Both the position numbers and the translations under genes were made by a program. From assembly GCA_028875055.1 (NCBI GenBank), contig JAPPGG010000014.1, forward strand, positions 8,722 through 72,721: 64,000 bases of DNA. Direction: 5' to 3'. The notes below the pieces were generated by a model, which saw only the letters and a list, made by a program, of their open reading frames with translations, had not been told where the DNA came from and made no database searches. Source of the stretch: Chloroflexota bacterium. GTDB lineage: Bacteria > Chloroflexota > Dehalococcoidia > Lucifugimonadales > UBA3495. Positions 55,593 to 64,000 of the stretch are shown in pieces (the stretch's first letter is position 1; every line of letters begins with the position of its first letter).

Positions 55593-57203
55593 GTGGCAGT
55601 GAAAAGCGACTTTTTGATTGCATTAACACAGTTGGCCGCCGAACGTCATTTGCCCAAGGAGCAGGTGCTTCAGGCCATAGAAGTTGCCCTGGCCTCCGCC
55701 TTCAAGAAAGACAATCCGGTGGCTGGCCAGAATATTACCGTTACTCTCAACCCGAATACGGGAGATGTTAGCGTTTTTGCACTCAAGACCGTTGTTGAAT
55801 CGGTCGAAGACCCGGCCAGGGAAATATCCCTCCAGGAAGCGGTGGCCATCCGGAGGAATGCCGAACTGGGTGAAGAGGTTGCGGCGGCAGAACCCCTGCC
55901 GCACAACGCCAGCCGTATAGCTGCGCAGACAGCCAAACAGGTGGTGCTGCAGCGCCTGCGGGAGGCCGAGCGGGAACTCCTTTACGAAGAGTTTCTGCAG
56001 CACCGGCAGGATATCATCACCGGCGTGGTGGAGCAGCTGGAGTCCAACAGGACGATTACGCTGGATATGGGGCGAGCCCAGGCAATAATGCCCTACGACG
56101 AGCAGGTCCCGACGGAGCGTTACAAGAAGGGGCAGCGTATCAAGGTATTCGTCCTCGACGTGCGAAACGGGCCCAAGGGCCCGGAAATCCTTGTTTCCCG
56201 CAGTGACCGCGATATGCTGAAGCGGTTGTTCGAAATCGAGGTCCCCGAAGTCTATAACGGCACCGTGGAAATCAAGGCCATTTCAAGGGACGCCGGTTTT
56301 CGCAGCAAGGTTGCCGTCCATTCCACCCAGGACGGCGTGGACCCGGTAGGCGCCTGCATCGGCCTGCGCGGCAATCGCATTCAGAGCATAGTGAATGAAT
56401 TGCAGGGCGAGAAAATCGACGTTGTACCCTGGGACCCTGATCCCAAGGGATTCATCGCCCGAGCCATCAGCCCCTCGGAAGTTGTAGAGGTTGAACTCAG
56501 CCAGCAGGATCAGACCGCCATCGTTGTGGTGCCGGACCGGCAATTGTCCCTGGCCATAGGCAAGGAAGGCCAAAACGCCCGCCTGGCGGCCAGGCTGGTT
56601 GGCTGGCGCCTGGACATCAAGGGTCTGTCCGAGTGGGAAGAAATCAAGGAAACCAGGCTGCGCGAACTCGAGGAGCAGCGGCGGCTGGCAGCTTTGGAGG
56701 CGGCCAACGTAGCCGCCGAACCCGCGGCCTCTGAAGCCGAGGTCCTTGAAGCGGTGGCCGAAGCCGAAGCCATCGTCGCTGACCAGACACAGATCGAGGA
56801 AACGGCCCCAGCTACGGCCGAAGTCGCGGAACCCGCGGTTTCTGAAGCCGACAACGCAGCGGTCGCCGAGGCTGAGGCCATCGACGAAGAAGCGCTGCTC
56901 GAAGCAATGATCCGGAATGAGGAAGAGGCCCAGCAGCCCGACACTGAAGCCGAAGACAGTCTCAGCGTTGACGACCTCGCGTCCTTTACCCTGGATGACG
57001 TACTAGACGAAGACGAAGAAGAGGAAGAGGAACTCTTCCCCGAATTGCCTGAAGTTCCCATTCTTACTCCTGACGCCGGAAAGATTCGATTCGCCGAAGA
57101 TCTGGTTGGTGAAACCCGTGGCGGTGGACGCGGCGGACGCCGTGCCCGGCGCAACACGGGCGGCGGCGCCGGCAGGGGCGCCCGAAGGGGTGGAGGCAGG
57201 TAG
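55593..57203 (+). CDS. nusA: transcription termination/antitermination factor NusA with long acidic plus RGG C-terminal extension
   Basis: It has the N-terminal domain, S1 and two KH domains ([30 protein letters not shown]). The start is GTG 55593 or, better spaced from GGGAGGG, GTG 55599. Confidence 0.9.
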   Translation: MAVKSDFLIALTQLAAERHLPKEQVLQAIEVALASAFKKDNPVAGQNITVTLNPNTGDVSVFALKTVVESVEDPAREISLQEAVAIRRNAELGEEVAAAEPLPHNASRIAAQTAKQVVLQRLREAERELLYEEFLQHRQDIITGVVEQLESNRTITLDMGRAQAIMPYDEQVPTERYKKGQRIKVFVLDVRNGPKGPEILVSRSDRDMLKRLFEIEVPEVYNGTVEIKAISRDAGFRSKVAVHSTQDGVDPVGACIGLRGNRIQSIVNELQGEKIDVVPWDPDPKGFIARAISPSEVVEVELSQQDQTAIVVVPDRQLSLAIGKEGQNARLAARLVGWRLDIKGLSEWEEIKETRLRELEEQRRLAALEAANVAAEPAASEAEVLEAVAEAEAIVADQTQIEETAPATAEVAEPAVSEADNAAVAEAEAIDEEALLEAMIRNEEEAQQPDTEAEDSLSVDDLASFTLDDVLDEDEEEEEELFPELPEVPILTPDAGKIRFAEDLVGETRGGGRGGRRARRNTGGGAGRGARRGGGR

Positions 57204-57258
57204 CGGCGACCTCTTTCCTTAATTTCTTGTCCCCTCACCGGGGAAGGAGGCGCGCAGG

Positions 57259-57555
57259 TTGGCCAAGGCCCGACATGTCCCCGAACGCAGGTGTGTAGCC
57301 TGCGGACAGAGGGCGCCCAAGAAACAGTTCACCCGCATCGTACGCACCCCTGAGGGCACGGTCCTGGCAGATGCCACGGGAAAGGCTTCAGGGCGTGGCG
57401 GCTACCTGTGCAGTTCCGTTGATTGCTGGAAAAAAGGTATCGGCAAGGGAAGCCTGGAGCGCAACCTGCAGGTAACTATTTCCCGTGAAGACCGCGCCAG
57501 GTTGCTCGACTATTACCGGTCCCAGGTGGCACAGGCAGCCCAGGTGGAGGCATGA
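57259..57555 (+). CDS. ylxR: YlxR/RnpM family (DUF448) RNA-binding protein
   Basis: [20 protein letters not shown] motif. TTG start 8 nt after GGAGG. It occupies the canonical position between nusA and infB. Confidence 0.8.
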   Translation: MAKARHVPERRCVACGQRAPKKQFTRIVRTPEGTVLADATGKASGRGGYLCSSVDCWKKGIGKGSLERNLQVTISREDRARLLDYYRSQVAQAAQVEA

Positions 57556-57556
57556 T

Positions 57557-59362
57557 ATGACTACAGAAGGACAGACACGAAGCGGCCGTCGCGGCCCTTC
57601 TCGAACGCTGGTATTGCCCCAGACTCTTACCGTCAAGCACCTTTCCGAACTGGTTGACCAGAGCCCCGTGGATGTCATCAAGCAGTTGATGCGAAACGGC
57701 ATAATGGTCTCAATGAACCAGATGATAGACCATGAGGTGGCTTCGCTGGTTACCGCCGCCTACGGCATCCGGACTCGGGTGGCCGAGCAAGTGGCGGAGA
57801 CGGGCGCCCTGCAGAGCGCGGGCGTTGACCAGGGAGCTGCTCCCGAATCTACCGAAGACCTTGAGCTGCGTCCTCCGGTGGTAACAATCCTGGGCCATGT
57901 TGACCACGGCAAGACCAGCCTGTTGGATTCCATACGAAACGCCCATGTGGCCGACCGGGAAGTTGGAGGCATCACCCAGCACATTGGCGCCTACCAGGTG
58001 GAGCACGAAGGACAGAAAATTACCTTCCTGGACACCCCGGGACACGAAGCTTTCACTTCCATCCGCTCCAGGGGAGCTCGAGTAACTGACATTGCCATCC
58101 TGGTTGTCGCGGCTGACGACGGCATAATGCCTCAGACCGAAGAGGCTATAGACCACGCCCGTGCCGCCGAGGTGCCTATCGTTATAGCGATTAACAAGAT
58201 GGACCTGCCCGGCGCCGATCCTGAGCGGGTAAAGCGGCAGTTGAGCCAACACAACTTGCTGGTTGAGGACTGGGGTGGCGACATTATTTCAGTCCCGGTT
58301 TCGGCCCGCACCGGCGAGGGAATAGACGACCTGCTGGAGAACATCCTGATTCTGTCGGAGGTGTCGGAATTCAGGGCAAATCCCAACCGGCCCGCTTCCG
58401 GCGTGGTAATTGAGGCCAAGCTGGACCGGAAACGTGGACCGGTGGCTACCGTATTGATCCAGAGCGGTACGCTCAATGTGGGCGACTATGTGGTGGCCGG
58501 TACCGCCTGGGGCAGGGTTAAAGCCATCGCGGACGACCGGGGCAAGGCCATCAGGGAAGTCGTACCTGGCGCGCCGGCGGAGCTACTCGCCTTTGGCGCA
58601 ATACCCGAGGCGGGCGACCTGATGAGCGCTATGCCTAACGAGAGGGCTGCCCGGGCCATGGCCCACGAAAGGGAGAGGGACAAGTCCATCCAGCAGTCCC
58701 AGGTGCGGGCGCTTACGCTGGAGGAAGTGGTAAAGCAGATCGACGCCGGCGACGTCAAGGAACTGAACCTGGTGTTGAAGGCCGATGTTCAGGGAAGCGT
58801 GGAAGCTGTCAGGCAGTCCCTGGAGCGATTGACTGAGGCCGAAGCCAGGGTGCGCATTCTGCACGCGGGCAGCGGAAACGTCACGGAATCGGACATTCTC
58901 CTGGCCAGCGCATCCGACGCCATCATAGTAGCTTTCGCCGTTGGAGACGAGATTGGCGTTGAACGAGTCGCCGAACGAATGGGCGTTGAAATACGCCACT
59001 ACGACATCATCTACCAGATGATTGACGACATTGAGCAGGCCCTCCACGGTATGCTGGAGCCCGCCTTTACCGACGTGGTAATTGGCGAAGCAGAAATCAG
59101 GGAAATATTCCCCTCCAGGCGCAGCATCAACATTGCCGGTTGTCGCGTAACCAGCGGCAGGATGACCAGGGGCGCCTCAATCCGGGTGATGAGAGAAGGC
59201 GAACTGCTGGGAGAGACCAGCCTGGCCAGCCTGCGTCATTTCCGCGATGAAGTCAACGAAGTAACTAACGGAATGGACTGTGGAATTCTGCTGGATGACT
59301 TTAACGACTTCGAACTTGGAGACGTCCTGCAGGCCCATCGCCAGGAGCGGGCTCAACGTTAG
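57557..59362 (+). CDS. infB: translation initiation factor IF-2 (short N-terminal region)
   Basis: [20 protein letters not shown] and NKMD G-domain motifs. Start trimmed to ATG 57557, which follows GGAGG, right after the ylxR stop. Confidence 0.9.
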   Translation: MTTEGQTRSGRRGPSRTLVLPQTLTVKHLSELVDQSPVDVIKQLMRNGIMVSMNQMIDHEVASLVTAAYGIRTRVAEQVAETGALQSAGVDQGAAPESTEDLELRPPVVTILGHVDHGKTSLLDSIRNAHVADREVGGITQHIGAYQVEHEGQKITFLDTPGHEAFTSIRSRGARVTDIAILVVAADDGIMPQTEEAIDHARAAEVPIVIAINKMDLPGADPERVKRQLSQHNLLVEDWGGDIISVPVSARTGEGIDDLLENILILSEVSEFRANPNRPASGVVIEAKLDRKRGPVATVLIQSGTLNVGDYVVAGTAWGRVKAIADDRGKAIREVVPGAPAELLAFGAIPEAGDLMSAMPNERAARAMAHERERDKSIQQSQVRALTLEEVVKQIDAGDVKELNLVLKADVQGSVEAVRQSLERLTEAEARVRILHAGSGNVTESDILLASASDAIIVAFAVGDEIGVERVAERMGVEIRHYDIIYQMIDDIEQALHGMLEPAFTDVVIGEAEIREIFPSRRSINIAGCRVTSGRMTRGASIRVMREGELLGETSLASLRHFRDEVNEVTNGMDCGILLDDFNDFELGDVLQAHRQERAQR

Positions 59363-59457
59363 CAGTCTACTGATTTCATTCCCTGGCTCCGGCTGTTCTT
59401 GCCTGCAGGCCGGCCCCAGTCTGATTCTCACGAGACCCTGGTTTTCCGGAGTTTGCC

Positions 59458-59871
59458 ATGAGCCGCCGCGGGGACCGCATAAATGTACTCTTGCGCCAGG
59501 AAATCAGCCTGCTTTTGTCCCGTGAAATCAAGGACCCGCGGCTCAATGGCGTAATCAGCATAACCAAGGTGGAAACCACTGCAGACCTGCGCAACGCCAG
59601 GGTTTATGTGAGCGTAATGGGAGAGCAGGATGCCAAGGATGCAGCCCTGGAGGGTATCCAATCAGCGGCTACCTTCCTCCGGCGCTCCCTGCGCGACAGG
59701 CTGAAGCTGCGGTATGTTCCTTTTCTCAAGTTTGCCCTCGATGAGAGCATGGAGGATGCCGACGCCGTTCTCCGCCTTATGGACCAATTCCAGGAACCCT
59801 TGCCTGAGCCGGCGGACCGCGAGACTCTTCCCACGTACTCGGGCCCCCTTTCCTTTCCCCGTCGGAGTTGA
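59458..59871 (+). CDS. rbfA: ribosome-binding factor A
   Basis: RINVLLRQEISLLLSREIKDPRL...ARVYVSV matches the RbfA pattern; 137 aa. Confidence 0.85.
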   Translation: MSRRGDRINVLLRQEISLLLSREIKDPRLNGVISITKVETTADLRNARVYVSVMGEQDAKDAALEGIQSAATFLRRSLRDRLKLRYVPFLKFALDESMEDADAVLRLMDQFQEPLPEPADRETLPTYSGPLSFPRRS

Positions 59872-59876
59872 ACTCC

Positions 59877-60902
59877 ATGCCTCGTGGCAGGTCAAATTCC
59901 AGCCAACCCCATGCGCCAACTGTCAACGGCTTCCTGAACCTCTACAAGCCGCTGGGAATCACTTCCATGGACGCCCTGCGCCAGGTCAAGCGCATTACCG
60001 GCATACGCAGGAAAGTCGGTCACGCGGGCACCATGGACCCACTGGCCCGCGGGGTATTGCCGGTGTGCTTCGGTCAGGCTACCAGGCTAATGGAATACGT
60101 GGTGGACGGGACCAAGCGGTACCGCATGGTGGTCAGGCTGGGCGCTACTACGCAGACCTACGACTCTGAAGGCGAAGTTACGCCGGTACGGGAACCCGGC
60201 TACGTCACGCCGGAGATGGTGACGGACGCCTGCCAGCCGTTCATCGGCTCAATTGACCAGAAGCCCCCCATGTTCAGCGCCGTGAAGGTTGACGGACAGA
60301 GGCTTTACAAACTGGCTCGCGCGGGACTGGAAGTGGAGCGTGAGGCCAGGCCGGTGGAAATCTTTGGTATTGAACTGCTGGATTTCAGCCTTCCGGAGAT
60401 TACCCTTAATGTGGAGTGCGGCCGGGGCGTGTACATGCGTTCCCTGGCCCACGACCTGGGCCAGGCCCTGGGCTGCGGGGGGTATGTCACTGACCTGGAG
60501 CGCCGGTATTGCGCCGGATTCAGCTCTGCTGACGGAATTACCCCTTCAGACCTGGAATCCGCCGTAAGTCAATCAGACGGCGACAATGCCTGGCTGGACT
60601 ATATCCACCCAATTGACCACGCGCTCCGAGGCTTCCGGGCGGTCAAGCTGGGAGAGGCGGCTGAAAGACTAATCGCCAATGGTCAGGCCGTTTCGGCGGG
60701 GCGAATTCCGTTCCAGGGTGGATATCTGGAACAATTTCGGGCATACGGGAACGACGGCAGGTTTATCGCCCTGGTCGGGTATGACCGGCAGGAGAATACC
60801 TGGCAGCCAGTTAAAGTGTTTCAAATGGATGTCCCATCACCCTTCGCCGCTGACTCCTTCGACGGCGCTGCCGGGAACGCCGGGGCCCACACTCGGCCAT
60901 AA
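59877..60902 (+). CDS. truB: tRNA pseudouridine(55) synthase
   Basis: GFLNLYKPLGITS and GHAGTMDPLARGVLPV motifs. ATG 59877; an alternative TTG 59868 overlaps the rbfA stop. Confidence 0.85.
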   Translation: MPRGRSNSSQPHAPTVNGFLNLYKPLGITSMDALRQVKRITGIRRKVGHAGTMDPLARGVLPVCFGQATRLMEYVVDGTKRYRMVVRLGATTQTYDSEGEVTPVREPGYVTPEMVTDACQPFIGSIDQKPPMFSAVKVDGQRLYKLARAGLEVEREARPVEIFGIELLDFSLPEITLNVECGRGVYMRSLAHDLGQALGCGGYVTDLERRYCAGFSSADGITPSDLESAVSQSDGDNAWLDYIHPIDHALRGFRAVKLGEAAERLIANGQAVSAGRIPFQGGYLEQFRAYGNDGRFIALVGYDRQENTWQPVKVFQMDVPSPFAADSFDGAAGNAGAHTRP

Positions 60903-61000
60903 AGTCGCCACTGTAGGGAGCAACCACCCGGTTTTTCGCCACTTGCGCCATAGATTTTGCCATTTCCGGCTCAATTTGCCAGATAGAGACCCTATCTGCC

Positions 61001-61030
61001 TTGACAAACCCCGCCGGGTTTTTGTATTAC
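61001..61030 (+). promoter_or_regulatory. candidate promoter TTGACA -18 nt- TATTAC upstream of the DUF5679 gene
   Basis: -35 at 61001-61006 and a weak -10 at 61025-61030. This implies a leader of about 180 nt. Confidence 0.4.
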
Positions 61031-61215
61031 ATAATGCAGCAGAAACCCTTGCCCCATTTGCCCGTACCATAAAGAGACTTTATATGGGCACGCGATCAAG
61101 GGGCGCGGCTGACAGCTTCACCTTAGCAGGGTCCAATCTGGGCTGGAAAATCAATCGAACCACAATGGGCTCTCGAGAATCTGATAAAGAAACTTTTTTA
61201 CGGAGGGAGAGGAGG

Positions 61216-61359
61216 ATGGAAGCTTATTGCTTCAAATGCCGCAGCAAGCAGGAGATCAATAACCCGGAAGAAGTAACGTTGAAGAACGGCCGACCGGCCA
61301 CGCATGGAACTTGCCCCGTGTGTGGCACCAAGGTGTTTCGTATCGGCAAGTCCAGCTAG
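61216..61359 (+). CDS. DUF5679-like small zinc-ribbon protein (47 aa)
   Basis: MEAYCFKCRSKQEINNPEEVTLKNGRPATHGTCPVCGTKVFRIGKSS has a CxxC...CxxC ribbon. GGAGGGAGAGGAGG lies immediately upstream of the ATG. It is the 3' end of a much longer spurious ORF (60679..61359). Confidence 0.6.
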   Translation: MEAYCFKCRSKQEINNPEEVTLKNGRPATHGTCPVCGTKVFRIGKSS

Positions 61360-61611
61360 TTCGCTGGGAGTTCGGGGTAAACGACAGGTCGGTTTACCCA
61401 CCGAAGTAAACGATCCCTTGCAAAGACAAACAAGAAACTTGTGAAGCTAAGAGCGGTCAGCCATTTCTGTGAAGGCGCAACATCCAATCTGGATGGTTGC
61501 GCCTTCGGCCTTTCGGGCCCCGCCAGACCCGGACGTTGCGCCCAAGCCTTGCAACTTCAGGGTCATCCGACACAATGGAGCGTTCATTGATTTAGATTTG
61601 GAAGCTGCCTC

Positions 61612-61959
61612 ATGACTACAAACAATGAAGCAGTCATCTGCGGGCGGTGTGGCAAGGGCTTGCAGGGAGCCCTGTCCTTTGCATTCCGGCCGCCCAGGCG
61701 AACACAGGACCACCCAGGAGGAGCGGGCGAAGCTTCAGCCGCAACCAAGTGCCTGGCGTGTTCTCTGCTGCACCGGCCGATGCTGAAACGATCTGCCATG
61801 GCGGCCCTGGTGGTTGGAAGCATCCTGACCGCCCTTAACCAGGGTGATCTTCTGCTATCTGGGCAGGTCAATAGCTCCCTGTACTGGAAGATTCCGCTCA
61901 CTTACTGCGTTCCATTCCTGGTAGCCACCTATGGCGCCCTGAGCAACAGCCGGAGATAA
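61612..61959 (+). CDS. NrtS-family (putative nitrate/nitrite transporter-like) small membrane protein with N-terminal CxxC...CxxC extension
   Basis: The C-terminal half, RSAMAALVVGSILTALNQGD...LTYCVPFLVATYGAL, resembles the NrtS family pattern from memory. The N-terminus has CGRCG...CLAC. Confidence 0.5.
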   Translation: MTTNNEAVICGRCGKGLQGALSFAFRPPRRTQDHPGGAGEASAATKCLACSLLHRPMLKRSAMAALVVGSILTALNQGDLLLSGQVNSSLYWKIPLTYCVPFLVATYGALSNSRR

Positions 61960-61993
61960 AAAAACGCTCGACCCCTGAATGAGGTCGAGCGTT
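61956..61993 (-). terminator. rho-independent terminator of lexA (hairpin shared with the convergent nrtS-like gene)
   Basis: AACGCTCGACC / GGTCGAGCGTT is an 11-bp stem (61963-61973 / 61983-61993). On the minus strand it is followed by TTTTTTT. Confidence 0.75.
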
Positions 61994-62022
61994 GTTCAGG
62001 CTTCAGATGGCATCCGGACCCG

Positions 62023-62676
62023 CTAACCGAACTTCCGGATCACACTCACCACCTTGCCGCGAATCTCCACGTTTCCGGCGGAGCAACGGATGGGATCCAT
62101 GCTGCTGTTGGCCGGTTGCAGCCTTACCTGATCTCCTTCCGGATAGAATTTCTTCAGGGTGGCCTCTTCTTCATCCTTCAGCCATGCCACCACCATTTCA
62201 CCAGGTTCGGCCAGATGAGACGGCTTGATGACCACAACGTCGCCATCGTCTATCAGTGCATCAATCATGGACTGACCCTGGACCTCCAGGGCAAACAGGC
62301 GGCCATGTCTCTTGGGCAGGTCCGGCGCAACCTCGATGCTCTCAAACTCCTGGCTGGCGGCATTGCCTTCGGCCGAGAAGACAGGCAGTGGTGAGCCTGC
62401 GGCAATTCGACCTACGATCTGCACACGGGGCACTGCCCCCACGGGTTGACCTGCATCGTCCAGCAGCTCAATGCCCCGGGCCACATCCGGACGGCGATTC
62501 AGAAATCCATCCCGGTCCAGAATTCTGAGGTTGTAATCAACCACCGACGTCGAGCTGATTTCGCAGGCCTTTTGAATGTCTCGCACCGTTGGTGGCAGGC
62601 CATTATCTTCAATGAACGTCTGGATAAAGTCCAGGATTCGCTGCCTGCGGGCCGGCATCTTCTTGTTGAGCGTCAT
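62023..62676 (-). CDS. lexA: LexA repressor
   Basis: It has an N-terminal wHTH (RRQRILDFIQTFIEDNGLPPTVRDIQKA), an AG cleavage-region context and S24 peptidase motifs (GQSMIDALIDDGD ... TLKKF). AAGGTG is the SD. Confidence 0.9.
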   Translation of the reverse strand: MTLNKKMPARRQRILDFIQTFIEDNGLPPTVRDIQKACEISSTSVVDYNLRILDRDGFLNRRPDVARGIELLDDAGQPVGAVPRVQIVGRIAAGSPLPVFSAEGNAASQEFESIEVAPDLPKRHGRLFALEVQGQSMIDALIDDGDVVVIKPSHLAEPGEMVVAWLKDEEEATLKKFYPEGDQVRLQPANSSMDPIRCSAGNVEIRGKVVSVIRKFG

Positions 62677-62686
62677 TACACACCTT

Positions 62687-62734
62687 TAAAACTAATGTTC
62701 TCAGAAGGGTATCAAATGAGAACATTTATGTCAA
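62687..62734 (-). promoter_or_regulatory. lexA promoter (TTGACA -17 nt- TACCCT) overlapped by a 10-bp inverted repeat AATGTTCTCA-N13-TGAGAACATT and a near-consensus AGAAC-N4-GTTTT box
   Basis: Minus strand: -35 at 62734..62729 and -10 at 62711..62706. The IR arms are at 62694-62703 and 62717-62726. AAAACTAATGTTCT at 62687-62700 is one mismatch from AGAAC-N4-GTTCT. Confidence 0.6.
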
Positions 62735-62821
62735 TTTGTCGCTGTCATCCAAGAGCGATGCTCATCAGTGGCGGCTAACTGACGTTGCAGCCCCCTGAGA
62801 GGTTTGCCTGAAGGACATGGC

Positions 62822-62851
62822 ACAATGAAAAGCCGGGCCAAATGGCCCGGC
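62822..62851 (-). terminator. rho-independent terminator of rpsT
   Basis: GCCGGGCC-AAAT-GGCCCGGC hairpin, followed on the minus strand by TTTTCATT. Confidence 0.75.
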
Positions 62852-62879
62852 GCTGACAATGGCTGAGGGGTTGGCGAAA

Positions 62880-63134
62880 TCAATTGGTAAGCCGATTCAA
62901 GCGTGCGGCCAGCCTCGACTTCCGGCGAGAAGCGTTGTTCTTGTGAAGAATACCTTTCTTGACCGCCTTGTCCAGCAAGCTGATGGCGCGGCGAATAGCA
63001 GGCTCGGCAACCTCGACGTCACCGGACACTACTGCGCGGCGGGCGCCGGCGATGGCGGTGCGGGTGGTCCTGCGGACACTCTGGTTGCGCTGGGCGCGTT
63101 TTACAGACTGGCGAGCGGCCTTTTTGGCTGGCAA
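62880..63134 (-). CDS. rpsT: 30S ribosomal protein S20
   Basis: MPAKKAARQSVKRAQRNQSVRR...HKNNASRRKSRLA is typical of bS20; 84 aa. Confidence 0.9.
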   Translation of the reverse strand: MPAKKAARQSVKRAQRNQSVRRTTRTAIAGARRAVVSGDVEVAEPAIRRAISLLDKAVKKGILHKNNASRRKSRLAARLNRLTN

Positions 63135-63265
63135 CTGATTCCTCCGTCAACAATGAACTATGTGGTGTCTCCGTTTGTAGAGACGCCATTATAAGGCATT
63201 GGCGTCGTTTTTCCAAATATGGCAACCGGTGCGACGGGCAATTCACGCGAAGTACGCCGCCGAAC

Positions 63266-64000
<735 letters not shown>

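Noticed and set aside
55495-55602. A 35-codon ORF in the nusA leader (GTG 55495, LFCGERVIPAFLLVG...) whose TGA overlaps the nusA GTG. I considered it as a rimP remnant or a coupled upstream ORF.
   Set aside because: It has no SD and no similarity to RimP. The composition is consistent with chance, so I did not report it as a feature.
60679-61215. The 226-aa ORF 60679..61359 as a real protein.
   Set aside because: Its first 179 codons overlap the truB 3' end out of frame and then cross an intergenic promoter-like region. Only the last 47 codons (61216..61359) have an SD and a recognisable zinc-ribbon fold.

Overview
High-GC (about 60% by eye, not computed) bacterial chromosomal segment. It is densely coding, with about 60 protein genes on both strands. 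I found no rRNA, tRNA, CRISPR array, transposase or prophage genes. The content is a housekeeping backbone: dnaN, alaX-like, gltX-glnS, rluD-lspA, folP-folK, a groEL paralog, queG, ychF, rarA, the nusA-ylxR-infB-rbfA-truB operon, lexA, rpsT and the gyrB 3' end. Interleaved with it are many catabolic or orphan enzymes: a family-5 ABC binding protein and permease, MmgE/PrpD, hydantoinase A/B, GMC oxidoreductase, a TPP enzyme, an LLM flavin oxidoreductase, an SCP-x-type thiolase and an acyl-CoA carboxyltransferase. This mix suggests a marine Chloroflexota (SAR202-like) genome, but that is a low-confidence inference. Four observations stand out. (1) A 17-codon leader ORF with three Cys codons, followed by a four-segment attenuator and a U-tract terminator, lies upstream of an E1-like moeB/thiF gene and a cysM-type cysteine synthase, next to an Rrf2 regulator. 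(2) The nickel-pincer cofactor genes larE-larC converge on an apparent operon larB / UPF0104 membrane protein / UbiA-type phosphoribosyltransferase / DUF362, and no larA is present in the window. (3) A family of short GC-rich palindromic (REP-like) elements occupies several long intergenic regions. (4) A 10-bp perfect inverted repeat overlaps the predicted lexA promoter. All functional calls come from reading the supplied translations against remembered family signatures. No database search was run.
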